From assembly GCA_965203805.1 (NCBI GenBank), contig OZ241917.1:3424001-3488000 (forward strand): a stretch of 64,000 nt of DNA, read 5' to 3'. Below the pieces are notes generated by a model. That model saw only the letters and a list, made by a program, of their open reading frames with translations, had not been told where the DNA came from and made no database searches. Shown piece by piece: positions 38,671 through 48,321 of the stretch; position 1 is the stretch's first letter, and each line of letters begins with the position of its first letter. The stretch comes from Candidatus Latescibacterota bacterium. GTDB lineage: Bacteria > Latescibacterota > UBA2968 > GCA-2709665. The position numbers and the translations under genes were made by a program.

Positions 38671-40421
38671 GGGGCCGCCTCCTGCGCCGGGTCGCCCTGA
38701 AACGCGGCGCGGTAGGCAGGGTCTCGCCACAGTTCGATATGCGGCGCCACCCGCCGGACCTCGCCTCTGTAGAGCCAGGCGACGAGATCGGCCGCGGCGG
38801 CCGTACTCGTACGGTGGGCAATGACGACGGTCGTGCGTGAGACACCGAGCCTTCGCAGCGCGGCCAGGACGCGCGCCTCGGTAGCCACGTCCAGACTGCT
38901 GAGCGCGTCGTCCAGAATCAGAATGGGCGTATCCCCGAGCGCGGCCCTTGCGAGGCCCAGCCGCTGGTGTTCGCCGCCGGACATGGGCGCATCGCCAAGG
39001 GGTGTGTCGTAGCCCTTCGGCAGACGCTCGATGAACGCATCCGCTTCGACGTACCGCGCAGCGGACCGCACCTCCTCGTGCGTGGCTTCCGCGCCCAGCA
39101 GGATCACGTCGCGAATCGTGTCGCCGAAAAGCGCGGGCCGCTCGAATGCGTAGCCCACCCGGCGCGAGAGCTCGTCGCGCGACATTTCCGCGACCGGCGT
39201 GCCGTCGATGCAAACGATGCCGCTGTCCGGGTCCTGAAGCCGGCCGATCAGCCCGGCAAGCGTGGTCTTGCCGACCCCCGATTCGCCGACCAGCGCAACC
39301 GTCTTTCCGGCGGGTATGCGGAGGTCCACGTGCCGGAGAACTTCCCTTTCCGGCGCACCCAGAGATACGTCTTCGATGCTGATCTCGCCGGGCCCCGCGG
39401 CGCCGGACGCGTCCGACCGGGGTTCCGGAACCGCGGCCGGAGATCGAAGAACGGCCAGCACCCGGGCCGCGTGGGCGCGAAAGATGGCGATCTGGAACCA
39501 GCCGTTGTCCAACACGCCGGCGACGCTTGAATATGTCATCTGCGCGTAACGGATCGCGGCCATCAGCGCGCCCACGGTCAGGCCGCCTGCCGCCAGGAGA
39601 CAAACGCCGGTGACCGCGGTAACCGTCAGAACGACGTGGTTGGCGCTTGTCACCGTCACGGCGCCGCGGCCGAAGCTCTCCAGGATCTCGCGCGTTTTGT
39701 CAGCCAAATCCGGAAGGGGCCGCGTGATCCGTTCGACTTCACGTTCCAGGGTTCCGGCCGCCCGTATCGTGCGCCTTCCCGCGAGGGCGCCGGTGTACGC
39801 GTTCACCATTCGGCTGTTCAGTTCGTCATGCGCGGTCTGTCCGGCGGTTAACGTACCCATCAGTCGACGCATGAACAGGATGACGGCCCCCACCCCGCAA
39901 AGCGCAACCGCGACAAACACCCAGTGTACGTACAGCAGCGCGACGAGGCTGCCCGCCGCCGTGAGGATTCCCGTGCCGATTCTCAACAGGGTCTCCGGGT
40001 AACGCGGCAGGTGCGTCGCCTCGAAGCGAATCCGGTTCTGCAGGTCTCCGTCGTCGAACGGCCGGCGGCCGGGCAAGCCGAGATCCAGCGCATGGTCGAC
40101 CATTTCGCGCGTGAGCCGCCTTTCCGCGGCGGCGCGGAATCTGGCCCTCACGGGATCGGTGACGATTTCGGTAATCACCGAAACGACCATCGCCACGGCC
40201 AGGCTGGAAAACCCCCATCCTATGTGTCCTTCCACTGCCTCGTCGATCGTCACGGCGGCCAGGGCCGGCGCTGCCAGACCCGCGGCGACGGCCAGCATGC
40301 TGATCAGGGCGTCGAGCGCGAGCCAGTGCCACGCCCCGCGGGCATAGGGGCGCAGAAACGCCATCACCTCGATGATACCCGGTACCGCCGGATCGGCCGC
40401 CTGACTGTTCGTGTCCTTCAT
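38667..40421 (-). CDS. ABC exporter (TMD+NBD), RamAB/AmfAB-like subunit 1
   Basis: GESGVGKTT, YAFERP, MSGGEHQRLGLARA, LDDALSSLD. Confidence 0.9.
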   Translation of the reverse strand: MKDTNSQAADPAVPGIIEVMAFLRPYARGAWHWLALDALISMLAVAAGLAAPALAAVTIDEAVEGHIGWGFSSLAVAMVVSVITEIVTDPVRARFRAAAERRLTREMVDHALDLGLPGRRPFDDGDLQNRIRFEATHLPRYPETLLRIGTGILTAAGSLVALLYVHWVFVAVALCGVGAVILFMRRLMGTLTAGQTAHDELNSRMVNAYTGALAGRRTIRAAGTLEREVERITRPLPDLADKTREILESFGRGAVTVTSANHVVLTVTAVTGVCLLAAGGLTVGALMAAIRYAQMTYSSVAGVLDNGWFQIAIFRAHAARVLAVLRSPAAVPEPRSDASGAAGPGEISIEDVSLGAPEREVLRHVDLRIPAGKTVALVGESGVGKTTLAGLIGRLQDPDSGIVCIDGTPVAEMSRDELSRRVGYAFERPALFGDTIRDVILLGAEATHEEVRSAARYVEADAFIERLPKGYDTPLGDAPMSGGEHQRLGLARAALGDTPILILDDALSSLDVATEARVLAALRRLGVSRTTVVIAHRTSTAAAADLVAWLYRGEVRRVAPHIELWRDPAYRAAFQGDPAQEAAP

Positions 40422-40469
40422 ACGATTCTCTTCTGCCACTACGTCACAACCATTTCAAAAGGCCGTGAG

Positions 40470-41680
40470 ACGGGAGAAAGGTCGTTCCTCTCGCGGTTTA
40501 TCCATAGTGTCCCGACAGCGTGCCTTCCGACGGAATTGGGGCGGGGAACAGGAGAATGACGGGTTTTGCTGTGTGTACGCCGATGTATTTCACAATAAAT
40601 CTTTTATTTTCATTTTCTTACGTCCTTTTTCTTGTACGCCCAAGAAAAAGGACCAAAAAGAACGGCGCCTGCCTGCCGAGCAGGCTTCGGCGCAGGCAGG
40701 CCGCTCGGCGCGGGGCCGGTTTTTCCGTGAACCACCTCAGTGGCGGAAACGGGAGTCGGCTGCCCTGTCACCGGACCAGCCCATCCCGAACTAAGTTGCT
40801 GGACGGATTTGCACGGAAAAACCCCACACACCACCACCGTTCGCTTGATAGGAACTTACAAAGCACCGTACGGCGATGTTCCTGCGCGCTGGAGCGTCTA
40901 CAGACCCCCCAACACCCCCACCAACCTACCCCCTATCCCCCTTCCCGGGGGAAGGGGGGACCCCGGATCCTATTACGTGATCCGCGTTGCCCTTTCCTTT
41001 AGGAAAGGGTCCTGTCTGCCGGTGATTTTTCGGCAGGCAGGGGGATAGGTCTGCGCATCCGCGCGGTAATGTCGCCAGGCCTCATCGTCGTCCCGTCGAC
41101 GCAGGTTGTCATCTCCCGTCTCACGTCTCCCCTCTCCCCGCCTTTCAGACCTACCCCCTATCCCCCTTCCTGTGAGGAAGGGGGAACGGTGATGGGTCGA
41201 TGGACCGGGCATGCAAATGTGCCGGGTGGCGATTTCCTGTCAATCAGAGTATCTATAGATCACCGGCACGCGTAAATTCGGTGAGACGGTAGAGGGTAGA
41301 CGGTAGATGAAGACATTCACAGCAGTGTTTCTTCATAAACCGTGCCTGCTAATTTACCGTTATCGTAACGACTGGAAAGACCATAGTGCACTCACGGTAT
41401 CTCCCGTCTCACGTCTTGCGTCTCCCCGCTTTTGCGAGACCTACCCCCTATCGCGTGGCGTTCGTTACCCTTTCCTTATAGGAAAGGGTCCCTGCCTGGC
41501 GGTGGTTTTTCGGCAGGCAGGGGGGATAGGTCTGCGCATCAGGGAGGAGGTCTCGCCCGGCCATATCGTCGTCCCGTGGCCGCGAGTGATCATCTCCCGT
41601 CTCACGTCTACCCTCTCCCCGCTTCTGAGGGGTTGGGGGTGAGGGCGCTTTAGCTTCCAGCCGACCGCTGGTTTTGATCC
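40470..41680. repeat. Mosaic repeat island (D, two B copies, G) in reverse orientation
   Basis: Reverse complement of the 28.2-29.0 kb blocks; 33-bp hairpin 40668-40700. Confidence 0.88.
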
Positions 41681-41686
41681 CCGCTT

Positions 41687-42850
41687 TCAATACATATGTA
41701 TAGACCCGTCAGGCCCTTCGTAGCGACGGGGAGGCAGCGGCCGATATGGACGGGACTTCACCAGATCCATATCCAGTTCGACGCCCAGCCCCGGGCGCCG
41801 CTCCAGTTCGTCTGCGTCCACGTACCCGCCCGAAATCGGCACCCGCAGCGTCTGCACGTCGTCAAACCACGGGCGCAGCCTGCAGTGCTCGAGGATTTCG
41901 AAATTCTGCATCGCGGCAGCCGCGTGGGCGGCGGCGGCAAGCGCCACCGGCCCATACGGATTGTGCGGCGCGATTCCGATCCCGTACACCTCCGCGAAAT
42001 GCGCCACCTTCATCAGTTCGCTGACGCCGCCCACGTGGCAGATATCCACCTGGCAAACGTCCACCGCCTGCCTCTCGAACCACTCCCGGCAGTCCCACCG
42101 GGTGATCCAACGCTCGCCCGCGGCAATCCGCATCCCCGGGAAGTCCCGTTTCAATCTTACGTACGGCTCAACCGTGCTCTGCTCGACCGGCTCTTCCACG
42201 AAGAACATGTCCTGCGCCTGTAATTCCCGCATGAGGCGATGGGCCGCCGCGGGCGAGAACACCCCGCCGCAGTCGATCATCAGCGCCGCGTCCGGTCCCA
42301 GCGCCTCCCGCAGCCGGGTCATCTCCTTGACCGCCACGTCCACCTGCGCGTCCATATCGAACGGCGCGACCGCCGGCCCGTGTCCGTGCTTGAACGCATC
42401 GAAGCCCTCCTCCAGGGCCTGCGCCGCGTGCGCCTCCAGCGAATCCAGACCCAGGTCCGCCCGCGCATAGCATCGCACCCTGTTTCGAACCCGGCCGCCC
42501 AGCAGCCTGAACACGGGCTGTCCGGTCGCCTTGCCCGCGATATCCCAGAGCGCCATGTCGATGCCGCTGACCGCGCTGGTATGAACCACGCCCCGCTTCC
42601 ACCAGTAGTCCCGGTATCCCAGTTGCCAGACCTGCTCCACGTCCATTGGATTCATCCCCAGCAGCCTGGTTTTCAGCGCCGTTTCCACCTGCGTAGCGAC
42701 GGCCATTTCGTGGTGTTCCGTGGTGGCCTCGCCGACCCCCGTGATGCCCGCGTCCGTCTCCACCTCCACGAAGATCCAGTTGCGCCTGGGTGTATGGCCG
42801 TCCGCCGCCGGGATGTTCATGACGTGCGCCCTGATGTCCGTGATCTTCAT
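41687..42850 (-). CDS. Mandelate racemase-family dehydratase (DgoD-like)
   Basis: SAVSGIDMALWDIAGK, FVEEP, AAGER, APHNPYGP. Confidence 0.9.
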   Translation of the reverse strand: MKITDIRAHVMNIPAADGHTPRRNWIFVEVETDAGITGVGEATTEHHEMAVATQVETALKTRLLGMNPMDVEQVWQLGYRDYWWKRGVVHTSAVSGIDMALWDIAGKATGQPVFRLLGGRVRNRVRCYARADLGLDSLEAHAAQALEEGFDAFKHGHGPAVAPFDMDAQVDVAVKEMTRLREALGPDAALMIDCGGVFSPAAAHRLMRELQAQDMFFVEEPVEQSTVEPYVRLKRDFPGMRIAAGERWITRWDCREWFERQAVDVCQVDICHVGGVSELMKVAHFAEVYGIGIAPHNPYGPVALAAAAHAAAAMQNFEILEHCRLRPWFDDVQTLRVPISGGYVDADELERRPGLGVELDMDLVKSRPYRPLPPRRYEGPDGSIHMY

Positions 42851-42853
42851 CCT

Positions 42854-44083
42854 TCAGTCCTCTTTTTCCATGAACGCCCCCTCACGTTGGACGCGTTCGT
42901 AGACCCGGGCGAACGCCTCGGACCCGTCGTCCTCCCACACCTCCGAATTCACGCCGCGGATGGCCCCCTCCTCGAATCCGGTCAGCCTCCGCACGTCCGG
43001 AATGCTCGGCGCGTACATCCGGTTCCCGCCCGGAAGGTAGAGCACGCCCACGTGTTTCGGCATCTCCGTGGGCCCCACCGCCGCCAGGCGCGCGAGCTTC
43101 TCTTCGTCCACGTCGAATCCCAGTCCGGGTCCCTCCGGAACCGGCGAACATCCGCCCGAAATCTGGATCCGCTTTGTTGTGATATCCTCCTCGTACTGAT
43201 CGTCCAGATTGATGGAATGCCCCGCGGTGGGCAGCACGGCCCCCAGGTGCATCGCCAGCGCCTTCGTGAGGGTGCCCCCTGTCAGCTGTACCACCGCCTG
43301 CACGTTCGCCTTTCCGTACGCGAAACCGCGGAACAGCGCGTCTCCGAACCCGCCGCAATACTCGCCGATTATATAGGCGTCCGCCATGCCGAGGATCATC
43401 TCGTGTAGCCCTCCCAGCGGAGGCAGGTGCATCACCAGGGGCACGTTGCACTGCGCCCGCAGCCGCCGCCAGCCGTCCACGTCGGTCAACAGCAGCGGGT
43501 CCTCAATAAACCCCGTGATCCGCGACCGCTCAAGGGCCTTCACGATGGGCAGCACCGTGGCCATCGCCCGGTTGTGGTTCATATCCCACTGCATCAGGAA
43601 TCCCTCGGGCGCCACGTCCTCCACCGCACGTTGCTGTTCGAGCACGTCGTAATGCTGGCAGGTATGCATCTTGAACAACATATAGCCCTGTTCCACCGCG
43701 CGCACGATCTCCTTGCTCAGGTCCTCGGGCGACGCCGGCCGTGTCCAGGCCATCACCGGCACCCGGTCCCTGACCTTCTGTCCCATCAGCTTGTAGGCGG
43801 GCAGGCCCAGGTGCTTGCCCATCACGTCGTACAGCGCGCCTCCCAGGGCCAGGTGCAACGTCTCATGGTTGAGAAAGTCGAACGGATTGCGGTCGATCAG
43901 TGGCGCCACGCTCTCCTTCGGCGGCGCGGCCGACCGGTAGTCGCCGTAGCCCACGATCCCGTTGTCCGTGACAACCTTGAAAATGGTCCGCTGGTCGATG
44001 GCGCGAAAACGCACCGTGTGATCCGCGTTCCGGGCCGCGAGTCCCGGATTGATCGGAATGATGTCGATATCGACGATTTTCAT
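42854..44083 (-). CDS. Mandelate racemase/muconate lactonizing enzyme family protein
   Basis: ALYDVMGK...KLMG, FIEDP, VPEGPGLGFDVDE. Confidence 0.85.
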   Translation of the reverse strand: MKIVDIDIIPINPGLAARNADHTVRFRAIDQRTIFKVVTDNGIVGYGDYRSAAPPKESVAPLIDRNPFDFLNHETLHLALGGALYDVMGKHLGLPAYKLMGQKVRDRVPVMAWTRPASPEDLSKEIVRAVEQGYMLFKMHTCQHYDVLEQQRAVEDVAPEGFLMQWDMNHNRAMATVLPIVKALERSRITGFIEDPLLLTDVDGWRRLRAQCNVPLVMHLPPLGGLHEMILGMADAYIIGEYCGGFGDALFRGFAYGKANVQAVVQLTGGTLTKALAMHLGAVLPTAGHSINLDDQYEEDITTKRIQISGGCSPVPEGPGLGFDVDEEKLARLAAVGPTEMPKHVGVLYLPGGNRMYAPSIPDVRRLTGFEEGAIRGVNSEVWEDDGSEAFARVYERVQREGAFMEKED

Positions 44084-44190
44084 CTCAGTGCTCCTTATCA
44101 GGATCAGGATTCACAGGATTATAGGATTTGCAGGATTAAGAACCAAGAGCAGGATCAGGACCGAGTGGTTCCGTCACGCCTGCTCCCGAC

Positions 44191-45330
44191 TGTCATCCTG
44201 AGGCGGCGCGAGGGAAACCGGGCCTCCGCGCATAAGGGTCGGCGAAGGCTTTCGCTGTACGTCAAGCCCAGAAGACGGGAGATTCTTCGCTACGCTCAGA
44301 ATGACATGTTTAGCGATAACCTTTGACGAAGTGTATCAATCACACCGTCGCCGAACTGTGAGGAACCCGCTGTGAGGTTGGGGCAGACATTCCTGTCTGC
44401 CTGCCTTGCTGTCATCCTGAGGTAGCGCGTGGGAAACCAGGCCTCCGCGCATACGGGGTGGCGAAGGCTTGCGCTGTACGTCAAGCCCAGAAGACGGGAG
44501 ATTCTTCGCTACGCTCAGAATGGCATGTTTTGTAATGGTCATAAGCGAAGTGTTTCGATGATGCCTTCTTCCGACCGTCACGCTAAAGAACCCGCTGCGA
44601 GGGTGGGGCGGACATTCCTGTCTGCCTGCCTCGCTGTCATCCGGAGGTAGCGCGAGGGAAAACAGGCCTCCGCGCATACGGGGTGGCGAAGGCTTTCGCT
44701 GTACGTCAAGCCCAGAAGACGGGAGATTCTTCGCTACGCTCAGAATGACATGTTTAGCGATAACCTTTGACGAAGTGTATCAATCACACCGTTGCCGAAC
44801 TGTGAGGAACCCGCTGTGAGGGTGGGGCGGACATTCCTGTCTGCCTGCCTTGCGTGAATTGGGCTTCCTGAATACGGGCATTTCGACAAGCTCAATGACC
44901 ACGTATGGAAATGTTCAATAAACGTCATTGAACCGCGAATTGGTTCCGTCACACCTTCTCCCGATTGTCATCCTGAGGCAGCGCGAGGGAGACCAGGCCT
45001 CCGCGCATACGGGTCGGTGAAGGCTTCCGCCGCACGTCGAGCCCAGAAGACGGGAGATTCTTCGCTCCGCTCAGAATGACATGGTTTGTAATAGCCATTA
45101 GCGAAGTGTTTCGATGATGCCTTCTTCCGACCGTCACGTTAAAGAACCCGCTGTGAGGGTGGGGCGGACATTCCTGTCTGCCTGCCTCGCGTGAATTGGG
45201 CTGCCTGAATACGGGCATTTCGACAAGCTCAATGACCACGTTTTGATAGGGACTTTTTGACGTCACTCAGAATGACATGTTTAGCGATAACCTTTGACGA
45301 AGTGTATCAGTCACACCGTTGCCGAACTGT
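44191..45330. repeat. Tandem array of four ~116-bp palindrome-bounded units with alternating linkers (BIME-like)
   Basis: Units at 44191, 44410, 44635 and 44966 bounded by TGTCATCCTGAG / CTCAGAATGACA (minor variants); linkers recur A,B,A,B,A. Confidence 0.9.
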
Positions 45331-45376
45331 TCATCCTGTTCATCCTGTCCATCCATGTCAGTTAATGTTGTTGTAT

Positions 45377-46288
45377 TCAGATCAGCCCTTTCGACCGGAA
45401 GAATTCTCTAAGCCCTTCCATCTCTTCGTCGCTCAGCGAATAGTACGGCTTCCGGCGCCAGCGCCCGGCCACGCCGAAGATCTCCATCGCTCCGTGGAAA
45501 CCGGCGTTCCACCCGCCGGTCAGCGTGCCGATGTAGTCGAAAAACGGCATGTCGTAGTCCCGGATCATCCGGCGCGCCGTCTCCAGGTCGTTTTTCTCGA
45601 TCGCGCTCCAGTACCGTCGCGCGACCTCGGGCTTGAACGTGATGTACGACGACATATACCCGTCGCATCCGTACGGCCACATATTGATGTGGTTCACCTT
45701 CTGTCCTCCGGCAAACACGGCCACCCGCTCGTGGGCGGCAAGGCACAGCCGGCGTGCGAAGTCCCCGCACATGTCGTCTTTGATGGCCACCACGTTTTCG
45801 AAACGGTCCAGCGTGTTGTCGATCACCTCCAGCCCGAACGCCGGCCCCTGGGCGGAGAACGCCCCCGTGACGATCATCACGGGCATCGTGCGCGACACCT
45901 CGCCGTAGTGTTCCACCAGCGTCCCGGCAGTACTCGAAGCCCCCCATGCCGGAGGAAGCACCATCAGCACGTCGGCTCCCAGTTCTTTTGCGAACGATGC
46001 GAACGCAACCGAACGCCGCGTATCGTAATACCGGTCCGCCGCCACCACCATTCCGCGGCCGGCGGTATGCTCGCACGCAACCTTCGTCACCTCGGCGATT
46101 TCCGCTTCGGACATACAGATATAGTGGCTGTCCCCGGCCGTCAGCAGCACGGTGCGGCTGCCTCCCGCCAGCACGAAATCGATCTGGTGGCGCAACCCGT
46201 CGTAGTCCACGCTGCCGTCTTCGCTGAACGGCGTCGCGATCGATGAAATGATGCCCGTCAGGTGCGCTCGAACCTCGTCACGATCCAT
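45377..46288 (-). CDS. Dihydrodipicolinate synthase-family aldolase
   Basis: ATPFSEDGSVDYDGL, GADVLMVLPP, VAIKDD; the ORF extension upstream of 46288 is repeat sequence. Confidence 0.88.
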   Translation of the reverse strand: MDRDEVRAHLTGIISSIATPFSEDGSVDYDGLRHQIDFVLAGGSRTVLLTAGDSHYICMSEAEIAEVTKVACEHTAGRGMVVAADRYYDTRRSVAFASFAKELGADVLMVLPPAWGASSTAGTLVEHYGEVSRTMPVMIVTGAFSAQGPAFGLEVIDNTLDRFENVVAIKDDMCGDFARRLCLAAHERVAVFAGGQKVNHINMWPYGCDGYMSSYITFKPEVARRYWSAIEKNDLETARRMIRDYDMPFFDYIGTLTGGWNAGFHGAMEIFGVAGRWRRKPYYSLSDEEMEGLREFFRSKGLI

Positions 46289-46299
46289 AGAAGACCCCA

Positions 46300-46875
46300 G
46301 GGTAAGAGGGGAGAGGGAAGACGGTAGATGAAGGCTGAATGAAGAATTAAGAATGAAAACGGGATGGTCCTCGTGGGGATTATCCATAGCATCCCCAAAG
46401 GGCGCCTGGCGGCGGACAGACACCCGTTGGAACGGCGTTCCGGTAGGACAGTAACTTAACCTCTCCCATCAGTTTTTATTTTTTCCGTGAACCGCTTCAG
46501 TGGAGACAACGGGAGACGTTGCCCTGAAACCGTTGCAGGCGTTCCCGGACGGACTTGCACGGAAAAGCCCCACCCCACCACCGGACGCGTGATAGGTATG
46601 TCGTGAAGGACAATGGTGAGGATTCGCGGTGTTGGCGCGTCGAGGTCTGTAGAGGCGTCTCCTGGTTGTCTCCCCCCTTTCCTTATAGGAAAGGGTCCCT
46701 GCCTGGCGGTGGTTTTTCGGCAGGCAGGGGGGAGAGGTCTGCGCATCAGGGAGGAGGTCTCGCCCGGCCATATCGTCGTCCCGTGGCCGCGAGTGATCAT
46801 CTCACGTCTCACGTCTTACGTCTACCCCGGGGTTGAGGGGCGCGGGGTGATCCTCTCCCGTCTCACCGCTCTCAG
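46300..46875. repeat. Mosaic repeat island (C, D, B; reverse)
   Basis: Reverse-complement matches to the 23.5-23.9 kb and 25.15-25.3 kb blocks. Confidence 0.85.
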
Positions 46876-46891
46876 GTTTTTCCTGTACCGT

Positions 46892-47302
46892 CTACAATGG
46901 CCTGACGTCAAACCCCATCTGCCGGAAATGGTGGTCCAACGTCAACACACGACTTATTCGCAATTCCCTCATGAGAACAAAGCTGCAGCAATCCGTAAAA
47001 GAGAATTCCTTGTCACGATATCCAAAGAAGAGTGTCCGCGCCTGCTCTCTTCGCGCTTCGTCGATAGACTCGATCCTCAGGCGGGATGAACCTTCGATTT
47101 GCACCCACCAGGCTTCGGCGGCATCGAGACCGAGTCGGGACCGGATGGTTGTCAGCGTTTCGTCGATGACGTAGTCGGAGGTCGTCAGCAACCCTCCCGA
47201 CGACAGCCAGTGGTCACGGGATTCCCTGACTGCCGACCCCTTCGCGTCGCGGCTGTCGGCGGCCGCAACCCATCCTGCAGTATCCACGAACATTTCTTTC
47301 AC
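46892..47302 (-). CDS. vapC: PIN-domain VapC toxin
   Basis: FVDTAGW, VIDETLT, SFTDCCSF, TLDHHF. Confidence 0.93.
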   Translation of the reverse strand: MKEMFVDTAGWVAAADSRDAKGSAVRESRDHWLSSGGLLTTSDYVIDETLTTIRSRLGLDAAEAWWVQIEGSSRLRIESIDEARREQARTLFFGYRDKEFSFTDCCSFVLMRELRISRVLTLDHHFRQMGFDVRPL

Positions 47303-47547
47303 TGGTACAACACCTCGTCATGCCGCTCGGCAACGTCGCCCGATTCCGACGCACCGACAGGGGGCGCCTGGTAAAGAGGATCCGCCTGCAGCGGTGTGCT
47401 TCCCCGTGGCGGACTGCCGACGGGGACGATGTCGAAAGCAGGCCGACTGCGATAGAGAACGGTAAACCGCTCGCCGTGACGGACCTTTTCAACGACCTCC
47501 CGGAGTCTCGCGCGGAGCTGTTTGGCATTGATTATCTCGGGCATCAC
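47299..47547 (-). CDS. Phd/YefM-family antitoxin
   Basis: INAKQLRARLREVVEKVRHGERFTV; overlaps the toxin start; aagttaaactt palindrome upstream. Confidence 0.88.
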   Translation of the reverse strand: MMPEIINAKQLRARLREVVEKVRHGERFTVLYRSRPAFDIVPVGSPPRGSTPLQADPLYQAPPVGASESGDVAERHDEVLYQ

Positions 47548-47891
47548 GGATCCTTTCTAAAGTTAAACTTAAGATAAACTGTTTCGATAAGAAAAGCAAG
47601 ACGGTAGCGCGCAGACTACGACGATCAGTCGTCAGCAAAGATCAAAAACGACAATCAGCTCACACAAAGACACGAAGACACAAAGGGAAACCATCGAAAG
47701 GCGGGCAACCACAAGGGCTGGCCGTACAAATGCGACGACGGCGCGGACGACTCAACGGATATCTATAGTTCCGATGGGAGGTATTGTCGCGGGGGCGGCT
47801 CGCAGGCGCGTCAGGCACCGGGGTATGCAGCAGGAGTACCGGAAGCAGCCAAGCGCTCGTCTTCGAACGGGAACGGTTCGGACAGATGGGA

Positions 47892-48116
47892 TTAGCCGAT
47901 CAACGACTTTACAAGCGGAATGGCGACACAGGCCAGGACAACGCCAAGCATCCACTTCAAAAGCCTGATATCGCCCTCGATGTTCTGGAGGCGGGACTCA
48001 ATTCCCGTCCGGTGGTGTTCGAAGTCGGCGATTTCTTCACCGGCTTCGCGGGCATGTGCGTCAGGGGTGCCAGCGGCAACAAAGGCTGCGTAGGTCTTGG
48101 AGAGCATAATCGGCAT
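47892..48116 (-). CDS. Small coiled-coil/TM protein (DUF1640-like)
   Basis: TYAAFVAAG...AREA...IRLLKWMLG plus C-terminal TM helix. Confidence 0.65.
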   Translation of the reverse strand: MPIMLSKTYAAFVAAGTPDAHAREAGEEIADFEHHRTGIESRLQNIEGDIRLLKWMLGVVLACVAIPLVKSLIG

Positions 48117-48321
48117 TGTGCAGCTCTTAGGTGAACGGTTGAAGATGGTTTAAGTTAACTTACGTTCACGTATGCCTGATTTACCTTTGAGGATGCTTGT
48201 AGCTCGCACTCAAATATGATCGCGGAAACGGCAGACAATGGCAAGTCAAAAATTGTCGGTAAGACGGTCTTGATGAATCGCGGCTGTCTGCTGCCGCGAT
48301 GCCGATTCGCGTTATCCGCCT

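Noticed and set aside
38671-39603. N-terminal 311 aa of the 874-aa ORF 36979-39603
   Set aside because: Overlaps the upstream ABC gene in another frame; the real start is the ATGA overlap at 38670.
44191-45330. CRISPR array
   Set aside because: Units are ~116 bp, the linkers are themselves repeated, and no cas genes are present.
25100-46836. Recurrent small ORFs such as MRKGESGILSRGVRYPFLIG... and MRPRKRTKKNG...
   Set aside because: Translations of non-coding repeat families B and D, with inconsistent starts, stops and frames between copies.
21915-47730. Classical integron with attC sites
   Set aside because: No IntI integrase seen; the islands are far longer than attC sites and I found no consistent RYYYAAC/GTTRRRY cores.
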